A DNA stretch of 64,000 nucleotides. Origin: Thermodesulfobacteriota bacterium (GTDB taxonomy: Bacteria > Desulfobacterota_D > UBA1144 > Nemesobacterales > Nemesobacteraceae). The position numbers were made by a program, and so were the translations under genes. Shown here piece by piece: positions 20,301 to 29,201 of the stretch. The stretch's first letter is position 1, and every line of letters starts with the position of its first letter. The DNA is taken from contig OY763921.1 of assembly GCA_963667625.1 (NCBI GenBank), positions 1,436,679 to 1,500,678 of the forward strand, in the 5' to 3' direction. The notes beneath the pieces are model-generated. The model saw nothing but the letters and a program-made list of their open reading frames with translations. It was not told where the DNA came from and ran no database searches.

Positions 20301-21069
20301 TACTGCTTGCTTCTAATTCCTTAGGAACAGTGATTTGATATTTCGGCACGTAAGTACCATTATTCAGAAGACTTCGCTTGCCTTTGCCTAAATCGATCTT
20401 TTCTAAATTCAGAAAATCAAACCAGTTATGTGCAGCTTTTTCACCCAGATACAAAAAAAGGCGCTTCACTTTCACCGAGTTGCACTGCTCAAGCAATGTT
20501 TGGACTTGGTCAGGTCTTAAATTGTTAAGTCCTTCCATCAACTCAAACACCTCCAGCAAAGACTGTTTCCTTGGCGCAAGGTAGAGGCATTCCATTAGTG
20601 CTCGTGCCGCGCCGGACACATTGACAGAAAAAGTCTTCTGTTCAACGCTGGTCAGTCCCAGACGTGGGGGAAGAAAAGAAGATGCGCAGTAATAAACTTC
20701 CAAGCCCCAGTCATACTTTTTAAACCAAAGAGGGAGCTTCTCTCCAGCATCACCAAATAGTATTGCCCGCTTGGGGGACATCTCAAGATAATGGGATTTG
20801 CCAAGCAATGACAAAGCAGCTCTACCACCAAGGTGAACGCTTAAACCTTGCTGCTTTTGTAGGGCATAGAGTGCTCCCAAATAATCAACCTTGGCCCCAG
20901 CACGAACCATAGCCCCCCTACCTATTGACTCAAACCAATGACTGCGTCTATAGCGTTTTTGAAGATCTCTGCTGTATCCTTGCTCTGACAGCCATGACGA
21001 CAGCAGCACAACTTCTCTAGGTACAGTCTTTAAAAGTTGGTTTATTTTGGAGTTATTTTTAGCATTCAT
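20284..21069 (-). CDS. abiEi: AbiEi-family antitoxin/transcriptional regulator (type IV TA)
   Basis: KINQLL, YRRSHWFESIGRG and LLEQCNSVKVKRLFLYL. Directly upstream of, and overlapping, the toxin gene. Confidence 0.88.
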   Translation of the reverse strand: MNAKNNSKINQLLKTVPREVVLLSSWLSEQGYSRDLQKRYRRSHWFESIGRGAMVRAGAKVDYLGALYALQKQQGLSVHLGGRAALSLLGKSHYLEMSPKRAILFGDAGEKLPLWFKKYDWGLEVYYCASSFLPPRLGLTSVEQKTFSVNVSGAARALMECLYLAPRKQSLLEVFELMEGLNNLRPDQVQTLLEQCNSVKVKRLFLYLGEKAAHNWFDFLNLEKIDLGKGKRSLLNNGTYVPKYQITVPKELEASSNETRL

Positions 21070-21111
21070 AGTACCAATATATATATTTTTTTAAACTAAA
21101 TCAAGAGCGTG

Positions 21112-21168
21112 GTTTATTAAATAATTGCTAAGGGTGCTAGAAGTTCCCTTAAACATTATTTAATAAAC
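21112..21168. promoter_or_regulatory. Putative AbiEi operator, 23-bp inverted repeat
   Basis: GTTTATTAAATAATtgcTAAGGG - 11 nt - CCCTTAaacATTATTTAATAAAC is 20/23 complementary and sits just upstream of abiEi. Confidence 0.65.
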
Positions 21169-21249
21169 TAACGATTTGCTACACGCAATGTTTCCAAGAT
21201 AGTTTGTTCTGGCATTCATGTTCAAAACACAGAGAGAATACCAGCCCCA

Positions 21250-21401
21250 AGGTTGCCTGCGGGCCAAGCACATATATAATCTCGCTCGGTTACTTTATCA
21301 AATTTCCCCTGAAGAAGCGATAAACGGAATACGAAGCGGTAATCGGTCTTGAAGTGCACGCGTAGCTTGCCACTGAATCAGAGATATTTTCCTCTTCCTA
21401 A
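21250..21401 (+). pseudogene. Decayed duplicate of the gatB promoter and first ~25 codons
   Basis: Aligns with 24482-24632. ATG is changed to ACG at 21324, the frame reads EYEAVIGLEVHA, then TAG at 21363 and TAA at 21399. Confidence 0.9.
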
Positions 21402-21429
21402 ACCACGCCAAGTTCAATATCGTCAAAAT

Positions 21430-21549
21430 GTAAAAGAAGGGAATTCAAAGATGGAATCGAGCAGACAATGGACAAAACAACAGAGGTGAAAACAGACTAT
21501 CAGATCACCGCCTGATTATGCTCCCCTACACCAGATTTGATTATACCTC
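21430..21549 (+). mobile_element. Probable 3' remnant of an IS256-family element
   Basis: Frame REFKDGIEQ...QITA* (stop 21513-21515) followed by TACACCAGATTTGATTATACCTC resembles the C-terminus and right end of an IS256 subgroup. Recognised from memory, not searched. Confidence 0.55.
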
Positions 21550-21560
21550 TAAATGCATCC

Positions 21561-22826
21561 CTAGAAATAGGTCTGAATCTGGGCTCTTACCACCGACTCA
21601 TCAGACTCTGCGCCAGCGAGATCCTCTTCCCTCTGGAACGTGTAATCAAGCTGTATCTTCCACTTGTGATTGCCGCTCAGGTAGTAGCTAAGCCCCTGCG
21701 TGAATGTCCATACGTTGTCAAGGTCATTTCCTCCGAGAACGTCGGTGTCGTCGTCAAACATGACCATCGCGTACCTGGAGGCAAGCTCAATCTTTCTCGG
21801 AAGGATGAAGAAACCGCCCTGAACCCTGAAACCGGAGTCGTAGGCAGTGCCTATACCGACATCGTCGGGATTGGCCCACCTTCCGACATACTCACCGGTA
21901 AGGTTGAACATCGGGTCCCTGTAGTTTATATCCGCCGTAAAGGAAGTGACTGTACCGCTTTCAAGCGCTCTCTCTCCGGAGGGAATTCCTATATTGCCAT
22001 CACTGCCATCCTCAACATCTATACCCGCAACAGCGGCTCCAACCATGAGCGTTGGCCTCTTGGCGAAATTCTCTTTTACACTCTTGGCTTTCCCGCCGAT
22101 AATGGCCGCCTGAACCCTTCCTGCCCAGAGCATACCAGTATCACCCTTGTCGTTTTTCTGGTTCGCACCTTCGCCTTGGAAAACACCCGCATCATAGCGG
22201 ATCATCCCGTCGCCGAGAAAACCGTAAACACCACCACCGATATCCCTGCCATACCGAAAGTAATCATCTATGATCGAGGTTCCCACAAGCTGCAGGGCGG
22301 TAATTGAGGTAAGAAACTCTCTGCTAAACGGAACCTTGTACTGACCCACCGTGGGGACAAAAGCCTTGTTCTTGGCAAATGAAAGCCTCATATCCTTTAG
22401 TCCACCCCCCGAGAGATCATACTGAACCGTGTATTTCATCCACGGGGCAAACGCGTTACCGTCCCAGATCAGCCAGAGATTTCTTACACTGAAGCCAAAA
22501 CCCTCCTTGCCAGTGTCAGGATCTGTGTAGTTGGACAGAAACTGGCCAAAAAACCTCATCCTGAGCTTGTAGTTCTTGTCCGCGGTCTGGAAAGTAAGAC
22601 CCGCGCCTTTCTTGGTTTTGACCTTTATCTTGTTGTACCAGGCCTTAGAATCTTTCGCCGTGGCCTCGTACTCCTTCATGTTTATCTGCTGCTCAAGCTT
22701 TTCTATCTGCTTCTTAAGTTCCTCTATCTGTTCCTGTATGCTCTGGTCGCCGCCGGCTTGGGCGGGAAGTGACATAAAGGAAAGAAGCGTCATCAAAGAA
22801 ACAACTAAAACTGCTAAAATTCTCAT
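21561..22826 (-). CDS. Outer-membrane porin (OprO/OprP-like)
   Basis: Signal peptide, N-terminal coiled coil, GQYKVPFSRE motif, amphipathic beta strands, terminal Phe and a strong AAGGAGG RBS. Confidence 0.85.
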   Translation of the reverse strand: MRILAVLVVSLMTLLSFMSLPAQAGGDQSIQEQIEELKKQIEKLEQQINMKEYEATAKDSKAWYNKIKVKTKKGAGLTFQTADKNYKLRMRFFGQFLSNYTDPDTGKEGFGFSVRNLWLIWDGNAFAPWMKYTVQYDLSGGGLKDMRLSFAKNKAFVPTVGQYKVPFSREFLTSITALQLVGTSIIDDYFRYGRDIGGGVYGFLGDGMIRYDAGVFQGEGANQKNDKGDTGMLWAGRVQAAIIGGKAKSVKENFAKRPTLMVGAAVAGIDVEDGSDGNIGIPSGERALESGTVTSFTADINYRDPMFNLTGEYVGRWANPDDVGIGTAYDSGFRVQGGFFILPRKIELASRYAMVMFDDDTDVLGGNDLDNVWTFTQGLSYYLSGNHKWKIQLDYTFQREEDLAGAESDESVVRAQIQTYF

Positions 22827-23009
22827 CTTACATCCTCCTTCGAGTTATATTCAAATTTGATGTACGGAGGGTTTGAAAAAAATCTGCGTATCCGATTGAT
22901 TGATAACGCTTTAAATTTTTCGCAAATTAAAAAGGAAGGCGGCATTTCTTTATAAATCCGGTTAGATAAATAGTGCTCTTAAATTTATTTAACAGGAGGA
23001 AACACCGCC

Positions 23010-24221
23010 ATGAGAGATTATACAGCGAAGAGCCCCAAAAAGGTAATTCAGATTAACCACAAAGAGCTTAAGGATCACCTAAGCTCCATAGTCACCGATA
23101 CGGTAGAGGAAGTACTCAACAAGGTCCTTGACTCTGAAGCAGATGAGATGGTCGGGGCAGGCAGGTACGAGCGAAGCGCAGACCGCCAGGACTATCGCTC
23201 AGGAAGCTACACAAGAAAGCTCCAGACCAAGGCTGGGGAAGTGACGCTTAAGGTACCCAAGCTTCGGGAGCAGAGGTTTCAGACCGCTATAATAGAGCGA
23301 TACAGGCGAAGGGAGTCATCGGTGGAAGAAGCCCTGGTTGAGATGTATCTTGCGGGAGTATCCACGCGGCGGGTGGCGGATATCACCGAGGCGCTGTGGG
23401 ACACGCGGGTGAGTTCGGCCACTGTCTCCAAGCTCAACCAAAGCGTGTACGAGCACATAGAGAAGTGGAGAAACAAGCCTATAGAAGGAGAGTTTCCCTA
23501 TGTTTATCTCGACGGGGTGAGTCTCAAGCGCAGCTGGGGAGGAGAAGTGGGCAACGTTTCGGTTCTTATAGCCATAGGGGTGAGTACAGACGGTTATCGC
23601 AGGGTTCTGGGGGTTGTGGAGGGGGCGAAGGAGGACAAGGCCGGGTGGAGCGGGTTTCTGCGTCATCTTAAGCAGAGGGGGCTTAGCGGGGTAAGGATGT
23701 TCATAAGCGACGCGTGTCTGGGGTTGGTTGAGAGCATAGGGGATTTTTACCCGGAGGCGCTTTGGCAGCGTTGCGTTGTTCACTTCTACAGAAACGTGTT
23801 CAGTCACGTGCCTCGGGGGAGAGTCAGGGAGGTGAGTCTGATGTTAAAGGCCATACATGCTTCAGAGAGCAAGGAGGTCGCGAGGGCAAAAGCAAGGGAA
23901 GTTATAAAGAAGCTGAAAGAGATGCGACTGGGTTCCGCGGCGAAGTGGGTAGAGGAGAATATTGAAGAGACTCTTGGTTACTACGGGTTTCCGTCTTCTC
24001 ACTGGCGGCGGATCCGAACGAACAATCCGATGGAGAGGATCATAAAGGAGATAAGGAGAAGATCCCGGGTGGTGGGGGCTTTCCCTGACGGGCAGAGCGC
24101 GTTGATGTTGTGCGCGGCGAGGTTAAGGCATATATCGGGGACCAAGTGGGGAAGCAGGAGGTATCTGGATATGGATTTGCTGAGGGAAATGGACAGAAAG
24201 GAGGCAATTGAGGTAGGGTAA
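23010..24221 (+). CDS. IS256-family (Mutator-type DDE) transposase
   Basis: MYLAGVSTRRV, YLDG, ISD, WQRCVVHF, RTNNPMER and VGAFPDG motifs, with an AGGAGG RBS. Confidence 0.96.
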   Translation: MRDYTAKSPKKVIQINHKELKDHLSSIVTDTVEEVLNKVLDSEADEMVGAGRYERSADRQDYRSGSYTRKLQTKAGEVTLKVPKLREQRFQTAIIERYRRRESSVEEALVEMYLAGVSTRRVADITEALWDTRVSSATVSKLNQSVYEHIEKWRNKPIEGEFPYVYLDGVSLKRSWGGEVGNVSVLIAIGVSTDGYRRVLGVVEGAKEDKAGWSGFLRHLKQRGLSGVRMFISDACLGLVESIGDFYPEALWQRCVVHFYRNVFSHVPRGRVREVSLMLKAIHASESKEVARAKAREVIKKLKEMRLGSAAKWVEENIEETLGYYGFPSSHWRRIRTNNPMERIIKEIRRRSRVVGAFPDGQSALMLCAARLRHISGTKWGSRRYLDMDLLREMDRKEAIEVG

Positions 24222-24235
24222 TTGAACAACCGGAG

Positions 24236-24271
24236 TTCAGGAACAAAGACTCATGAGTCTTTGTTCCTGAA
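24236..24271. repeat. Perfect 36-bp palindrome inside the IS right end
   Basis: TTCAGGAACAAAGACTCA|TGAGTCTTTGTTCCTGAA. Confidence 0.9.
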
Positions 24272-24556
24272 ACTGAAGAAATGCTGAAAATTTAAATTTG
24301 CGAAAAATTCCGAGCACTACCGATTGATTTGAACTTACCCGAACTAATCAACATGAGGATACGCTACTAAGAGAGAAAGAATAAAGTTTTTAAGCCGAAA
24401 GGTCAAAAAGAAACGATGGATCTGTTAGGAGAGCTCTGCGCTAGGTCTATTCCCTATCCTGGACAGAAATACGTGGACCAGAGGTTGCCTGCTGGCCAAG
24501 TACATATATAATTTTCGCTCGACTGCTTTATCAAATTTTCCCCGAAGGAACGATCA

Positions 24557-25987
24557 ATGGAATACGAAGCGGTAATCGGTCTCGAAGTACACGCACAACT
24601 CGCCACTGAATCCAAAATATTTTCTTCTTCCTCAGCGAAATTCGGAAGTCCCCCCAACTCCCAGGTGAATCCGGTCTGTCTGGGCATGCCGGGGGTGTTG
24701 CCGGTTTTTAACGAAAGGGTTCTTGAGTACGCCATAAAAGCGGGACTAGCGACCAACTGCGAAATCGCCCGGAAATCCAGATTCGCGAGGAAGAACTACT
24801 TCTACCCGGACCTTCCGAAGGGCTACCAGATTTCGCAGTACGACGAGCCACTTTGCCTCAGAGGACATCTCGAGATAGATTCGGTGGACGGCAAAAAAAA
24901 GATCAGGATAACCCGAATACACCTAGAAGAAGACGCCGGCAAACTCGTGCACGAATACTCCGACTTTGAAAGCCACGTCGATCTCAACAGGGCCGGAGTG
25001 CCGCTTGTGGAGATAGTCAGTGAGCCCGACATCTCGACTGCCGAAGAAGCGGTTGAATACGTAAAGAAACTTAGGACAATCCTCAGATATATCGAGGTTT
25101 GCGACGGGAACATGGAGGAAGGAAGCCTGCGATGCGACGCGAACGTTTCTGTGCGGCCGACAGGGCAGAGCAAACTCGGAACTAAAACCGAGATCAAAAA
25201 CCTTAATTCTTTCCGCTTCATACAAAGGGCCATAGAATATGAAATAAAGAGGCAGGAGACGGTTCTGCGAAGCGGAGGAAAGGTGGTCCAGGAAACAAGA
25301 CTTTTCGACTCCCAAAAAGGGGTCACGTTTGCAATGAGATCAAAAGAAGAAGCTCACGACTACAGGTATTTCCCGGACCCGGACCTTCTGCCAGTTGTGG
25401 TAGTGGAGGATTACCTGGATAAAATCCGCCTGTCCCTCCCGGAACTTCCTGAAGAAAAGTTCAGCAGATTCGTGGATGAATTCAATATACCGAGAAACGA
25501 CGCCGAAACGCTTTCATCCTCAAGACCACTTGCCGAATACTTTGAAGAATGCGCAAAGCACGTAAAAGACAAGAAAGCGGCGAGCAACTGGATCTTAAAC
25601 GAGATGCTGAGAGAAGTTGAGAACGAAGACAGCGTAGCTGAATTTCCGGTTAAGCCCGAGAACCTCGCTGAACTGCTTAACCTTATCGGGGGAGGAAAAG
25701 TAAACCGCAAGACCGCCAAGGAAATATTCTCCGAAATGATAAGCGAGGGAAACCGCGCGGAAGAGATAGTAACCGAAAAGGGGCTTACCCAGATTACCGA
25801 TGAAGACGAAATCTCTTCAATTATAAGCAAACTACTCGAAGAAAACCCGAAAGAAGTCGAGAGGTACAGGGGTGGAGATACGAAGCTTCTCGGCTTTTTC
25901 GTCGGTCAGGTGATGAAAGCGACAAGGGGAAAAGCGGATCCTGCGATTGTAAATGGAATGCTCAGGAAGTCCCTTGAAGAGAACTAA
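24557..25987 (+). CDS. gatB: Asp/Glu-tRNA amidotransferase subunit B
   Basis: VIGLEVHAQL, RKNYFYPDLPKGYQISQ, LRCDANVS and DYRYFPDPDL motifs. Confidence 0.97.
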   Translation: MEYEAVIGLEVHAQLATESKIFSSSSAKFGSPPNSQVNPVCLGMPGVLPVFNERVLEYAIKAGLATNCEIARKSRFARKNYFYPDLPKGYQISQYDEPLCLRGHLEIDSVDGKKKIRITRIHLEEDAGKLVHEYSDFESHVDLNRAGVPLVEIVSEPDISTAEEAVEYVKKLRTILRYIEVCDGNMEEGSLRCDANVSVRPTGQSKLGTKTEIKNLNSFRFIQRAIEYEIKRQETVLRSGGKVVQETRLFDSQKGVTFAMRSKEEAHDYRYFPDPDLLPVVVVEDYLDKIRLSLPELPEEKFSRFVDEFNIPRNDAETLSSSRPLAEYFEECAKHVKDKKAASNWILNEMLREVENEDSVAEFPVKPENLAELLNLIGGGKVNRKTAKEIFSEMISEGNRAEEIVTEKGLTQITDEDEISSIISKLLEENPKEVERYRGGDTKLLGFFVGQVMKATRGKADPAIVNGMLRKSLEEN

Positions 25988-26012
25988 CTGGACCCACTCG
26001 TAATATCTTCTC

Positions 26013-27275
26013 TCAGCCTGAGGGTTGCCCTCTTTTTATATGCTCCTCGAATTCGTCCCTGAATTTTCTCACTATTGATTCAATGGGCATGGCGCAGCCG
26101 TCGGCAAGGGCGCATATGGTAGTTCCTCTCATCTGCGAGCACGCGTCAAGCATTATGTCTAGGTACTCAATGGACCCCTTACCTTTGTCAATCTCCGTCA
26201 GTATCTTCTCAAGCCACCACGTTCCTTCTCTGCACTGAACGCACTGCCCGCATGACTCATCCCTGTAGAAATGGGCAAGATTCTGGGCTACCTTGATCAT
26301 GCTCACCGTTTCATCCATCACCGTTACTCCGGCCGTTCCGAGCATGGAACCCGCGGCCGCCACGGTATCGAAATCCATAGCAATGTCCAGCTCATCCGCG
26401 GAAAAAACCGCGGAAGAAGAGCCGCCGGGAGAAACCGCCTTTATTTTTCTTCCTCCTGGAATCCCTCCTCCGTACTCCTCAATCAGATCAAGAAGGTTTA
26501 TTCCGAGGGGAAGCTCGTAAAGCCCGGGTTTGTTGACGTGTCCGCTCAGCCCGAAAATCTTGGTTCCGGTGTTTCTGGGAGTCCCTATCGAGGCAAACCA
26601 GTCCGCCCCGTTATTTATTATATGGGGAACGCATGCGAGCGTCTCAACGTTATTGACTATGGTGGGACAGCCGAAAAGGCCGATCTGAGCCGGGAAAGGA
26701 GGCTTAGGTCTCGGCTCTCCCTTTTTTCCCTCTATTGACTCAAGAAGACCGGTCTCCTCCCCGCATATATAAGCACCGGCGCCTATATAGAGCTTCATAT
26801 CGAGATCAAAACCGCTTAGGAGTATGTTCTTTCCGAGATAGCCGTGCTCGTAAGCTTCCTCTATGGCCTGCTGTATCCTCTTGGCTCCGTACGGCATCTC
26901 CCCTCTTATGTATATGTACGCCTTGTGGGAGCGGATAGCGTAACAGGCGATTATTATGCCCTCTATCATCTGATGGGGATCTTTCTCCAGAATCTCCCTG
27001 TCCTTGAAGCTTCCGGGTTCACTTTCATCAGCGTTACAGCAGAGATAAACCGGTTTCTTGGAATCGGGCGGGATGAAGCTCCACTTTATCCCCGCCGGAA
27101 AGCCAGCCCCTCCCCTTCCCCGAAGACCCGATTTCTTGACCGCGTCGGTTACATCCCCCGGGGCCATGCCAAGGGCTTTTCTCAGCGCCGAGTATCCCCC
27201 CGAGGACAGATACGACCCGATGGTGTAGGAGTTGGGCCTGTCGACGTAATTTCTTATGACTCTCTGCTCGGGCAT
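26013..27275 (-). CDS. nuoF: NADH-quinone oxidoreductase subunit F
   Basis: GRGGAGFP, NADESEPG, GAGAYICGEETG and ESCGQCVQCREG motifs. Start probably ATG 27275. Confidence 0.95.
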   Translation of the reverse strand: MPEQRVIRNYVDRPNSYTIGSYLSSGGYSALRKALGMAPGDVTDAVKKSGLRGRGGAGFPAGIKWSFIPPDSKKPVYLCCNADESEPGSFKDREILEKDPHQMIEGIIIACYAIRSHKAYIYIRGEMPYGAKRIQQAIEEAYEHGYLGKNILLSGFDLDMKLYIGAGAYICGEETGLLESIEGKKGEPRPKPPFPAQIGLFGCPTIVNNVETLACVPHIINNGADWFASIGTPRNTGTKIFGLSGHVNKPGLYELPLGINLLDLIEEYGGGIPGGRKIKAVSPGGSSSAVFSADELDIAMDFDTVAAAGSMLGTAGVTVMDETVSMIKVAQNLAHFYRDESCGQCVQCREGTWWLEKILTEIDKGKGSIEYLDIMLDACSQMRGTTICALADGCAMPIESIVRKFRDEFEEHIKRGQPSG

Positions 27276-27412
27276 TTTTGAGTCCGGGTAAAGCAATTTC
27301 TTAACGGAAAAAAGGATAAGTACGGATAAATATTAAATGCGATTGCCGGAATTTTTCAAGGAAAAACGGAAAAAATAAGACCGGGCACAAGAAAGCCCCT
27401 CGTTCACTGCGC

Positions 27413-28618
27413 CTAGCGAGCTTCTTCCTCAAGCAGAATGTCCGCCACATACTTGGCAAACGACATTGAGGAGGTAAAAGCGGGAGATATGGCGTTTAGC
27501 ACGTGAACGGTGTCTTCTTCCTTGCAGACGACGTAGTCCATAACGAGTTTTTTCTCCTTCCAATCCACCAGCTGCGAGCGGATACCTGTTTTCGCAGAAG
27601 AAATTAGATGACTAGGCAGGAGGCCGGGAATCAGCTTTCTGGCTTCTGAGTAGAAATGGGATCCCAGATATTTCTTCACCTCGGAGAGCGCGTTTGCCCT
27701 AAAGCCACTGTCACTTACGAACATCGACGCGTTTCTGTAAAGAAACCGGAACGAATCAAGTCCCAGGTCCTCAAGAAATCCGTAGCTCTCCCTTCCCAGG
27801 ACCGGCACGGCGGTGGGACCGATAAAGACACGCCCCGAAGTGCTTCTCGTAAAGTGCACCCCCAGAAAAGGCATTCTCGGGTCGGGAACCGGATAGATAT
27901 TGCCGCGGACAAGGTAAGTGCTTTTCTTTGTAAGTTCGCTGTAGGAACCCATAAAGGGGATGGCTCTGTACTTAAGACCCACTTCGAATTGGCGCGCTAT
28001 GACGTCCGCATGGAGCCCGGCAGCGTTTATGAGTTTTCCGTAACCTATCTCACCCGCGCTCGTAAGGGCGACGCGGTCCTTTTTTTGTCCGATAAAAACC
28101 GTGTCGAAAAGCACATGTGCTTTCCCGGTTTTTTTAATTCTCGAGCAAAGAGCCTCCAAAACGCCCAGAGGGTCAAACACCGATGTCGCGGGAGAATATA
28201 TGGCTTTCTCAAACGTAGCGGCATGCGGTTCTATCTCCGCAAGTTCTTTTTCATTGATAAGATACGACTCCACTCCGTTTCTCTGTGCCCTCTGCTGAAG
28301 TGCCTGGAGTCCTTCAAGCTTCTCCTCGGAGTCCGCCACGATGACCTTGCCGCATTCGGATATAGGGACTCCGTTTTCGCGGCAGAAATCTCTCATCAGC
28401 CGGTTTCCCTCAATGCAGTACCGCGCCTTCAGAGAATCGGGCGTGTAATAGATCCCGGCGTGGAGAACCCCGCTGTTTCGACCGCTTGAGTGGGCTCCCA
28501 GGCTTCTTTCTTTTTCCAAGACAATAATGTTATTACAGCCGCGCAGAAGAAGCTCATTTGTGATTGCAAGACCCACAATTCCTCCGCCAACAACAAGAAA
28601 ATCGCAACTTTTCTCCAT
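27413..28618 (-). CDS. lhgO: L-2-hydroxyglutarate oxidase-like FAD oxidoreductase
   Basis: GGGIVG, SGRNSGVLHAGIYY, YPVPDPRMPFLGVH and NAISPAFT. Start placed at MEKSCD. Confidence 0.88.
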   Translation of the reverse strand: MEKSCDFLVVGGGIVGLAITNELLLRGCNNIIVLEKERSLGAHSSGRNSGVLHAGIYYTPDSLKARYCIEGNRLMRDFCRENGVPISECGKVIVADSEEKLEGLQALQQRAQRNGVESYLINEKELAEIEPHAATFEKAIYSPATSVFDPLGVLEALCSRIKKTGKAHVLFDTVFIGQKKDRVALTSAGEIGYGKLINAAGLHADVIARQFEVGLKYRAIPFMGSYSELTKKSTYLVRGNIYPVPDPRMPFLGVHFTRSTSGRVFIGPTAVPVLGRESYGFLEDLGLDSFRFLYRNASMFVSDSGFRANALSEVKKYLGSHFYSEARKLIPGLLPSHLISSAKTGIRSQLVDWKEKKLVMDYVVCKEEDTVHVLNAISPAFTSSMSFAKYVADILLEEEAR

Positions 28619-28697
28619 TACTCCAACCCTTCTCGTCCGTTTTCTGGCAAACCGAGTGTAAATCAGGTATATTGACTGTTTCATATAACTTAATAAA

Positions 28698-29195
28698 ATG
28701 AGCAGAAAATTTAAAGCAGGACAAAACGCTGTGTATCCAGTTCACGGTGTGGTTGAGGTTCAGGGAGTTGAGGAAAAAGAAATACTGGGTTCGAGAAAAG
28801 CCTTTTACATACTTAACGTTCTTGAGAGTAACGTAAAACTCATGGTCCCCACGGATAACATAGAGTCCGTAGGCTTAAGACCCGTAGTGCCCAAGAAGGA
28901 AGTAAAGAAAATCCTTGACATACTAAAGGAAGAAAACGGCGAAATACCCAAGCTGGGAGTCCAGAGCTGGAACAAGAGGTATAAGGAATACGCCGACAAG
29001 GTTAAAAGCGGCGACATATACGAAATAGCCAGGGTACTAAGGGACATACACCACCTGAAAAAAGTAAAAAACCTCTCTTTCGGCGAGAAAAGAATAATGG
29101 AAAACGCCCTTTCCCACGTAGTTAAGGAACTTTCCATAGCGCTTAGAAAAAAAGAGGGAGAAGTCAGCAGCCAGATAGAGGAAATCTTCTCCTAA
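28698..29195 (+). CDS. carD: CarD family transcriptional regulator
   Basis: FKAGQNAVYPVHGV, MVPTDN..VGLR and WNKRY motifs. Confidence 0.92.
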   Translation: MSRKFKAGQNAVYPVHGVVEVQGVEEKEILGSRKAFYILNVLESNVKLMVPTDNIESVGLRPVVPKKEVKKILDILKEENGEIPKLGVQSWNKRYKEYADKVKSGDIYEIARVLRDIHHLKKVKNLSFGEKRIMENALSHVVKELSIALRKKEGEVSSQIEEIFS

Positions 29196-29201
29196 ATCCG
29201 C

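Larger units (their letters stand above)
22902..24321 (+). mobile_element. IS256-family insertion sequence, 1420 bp
   Basis: Imperfect terminal IRs (GATAACGCTTTAAATTTTTCGCAAATT and GGTAGTGCTCGGAATTTTTCGCAAATT) with an 8-bp target duplication GATTGATT at 22894-22901 and 24322-24329. Confidence 0.95.

Noticed and set aside
21537-22307. 256-aa plus-strand ORF
   Set aside because: It is an antisense shadow of the porin gene.
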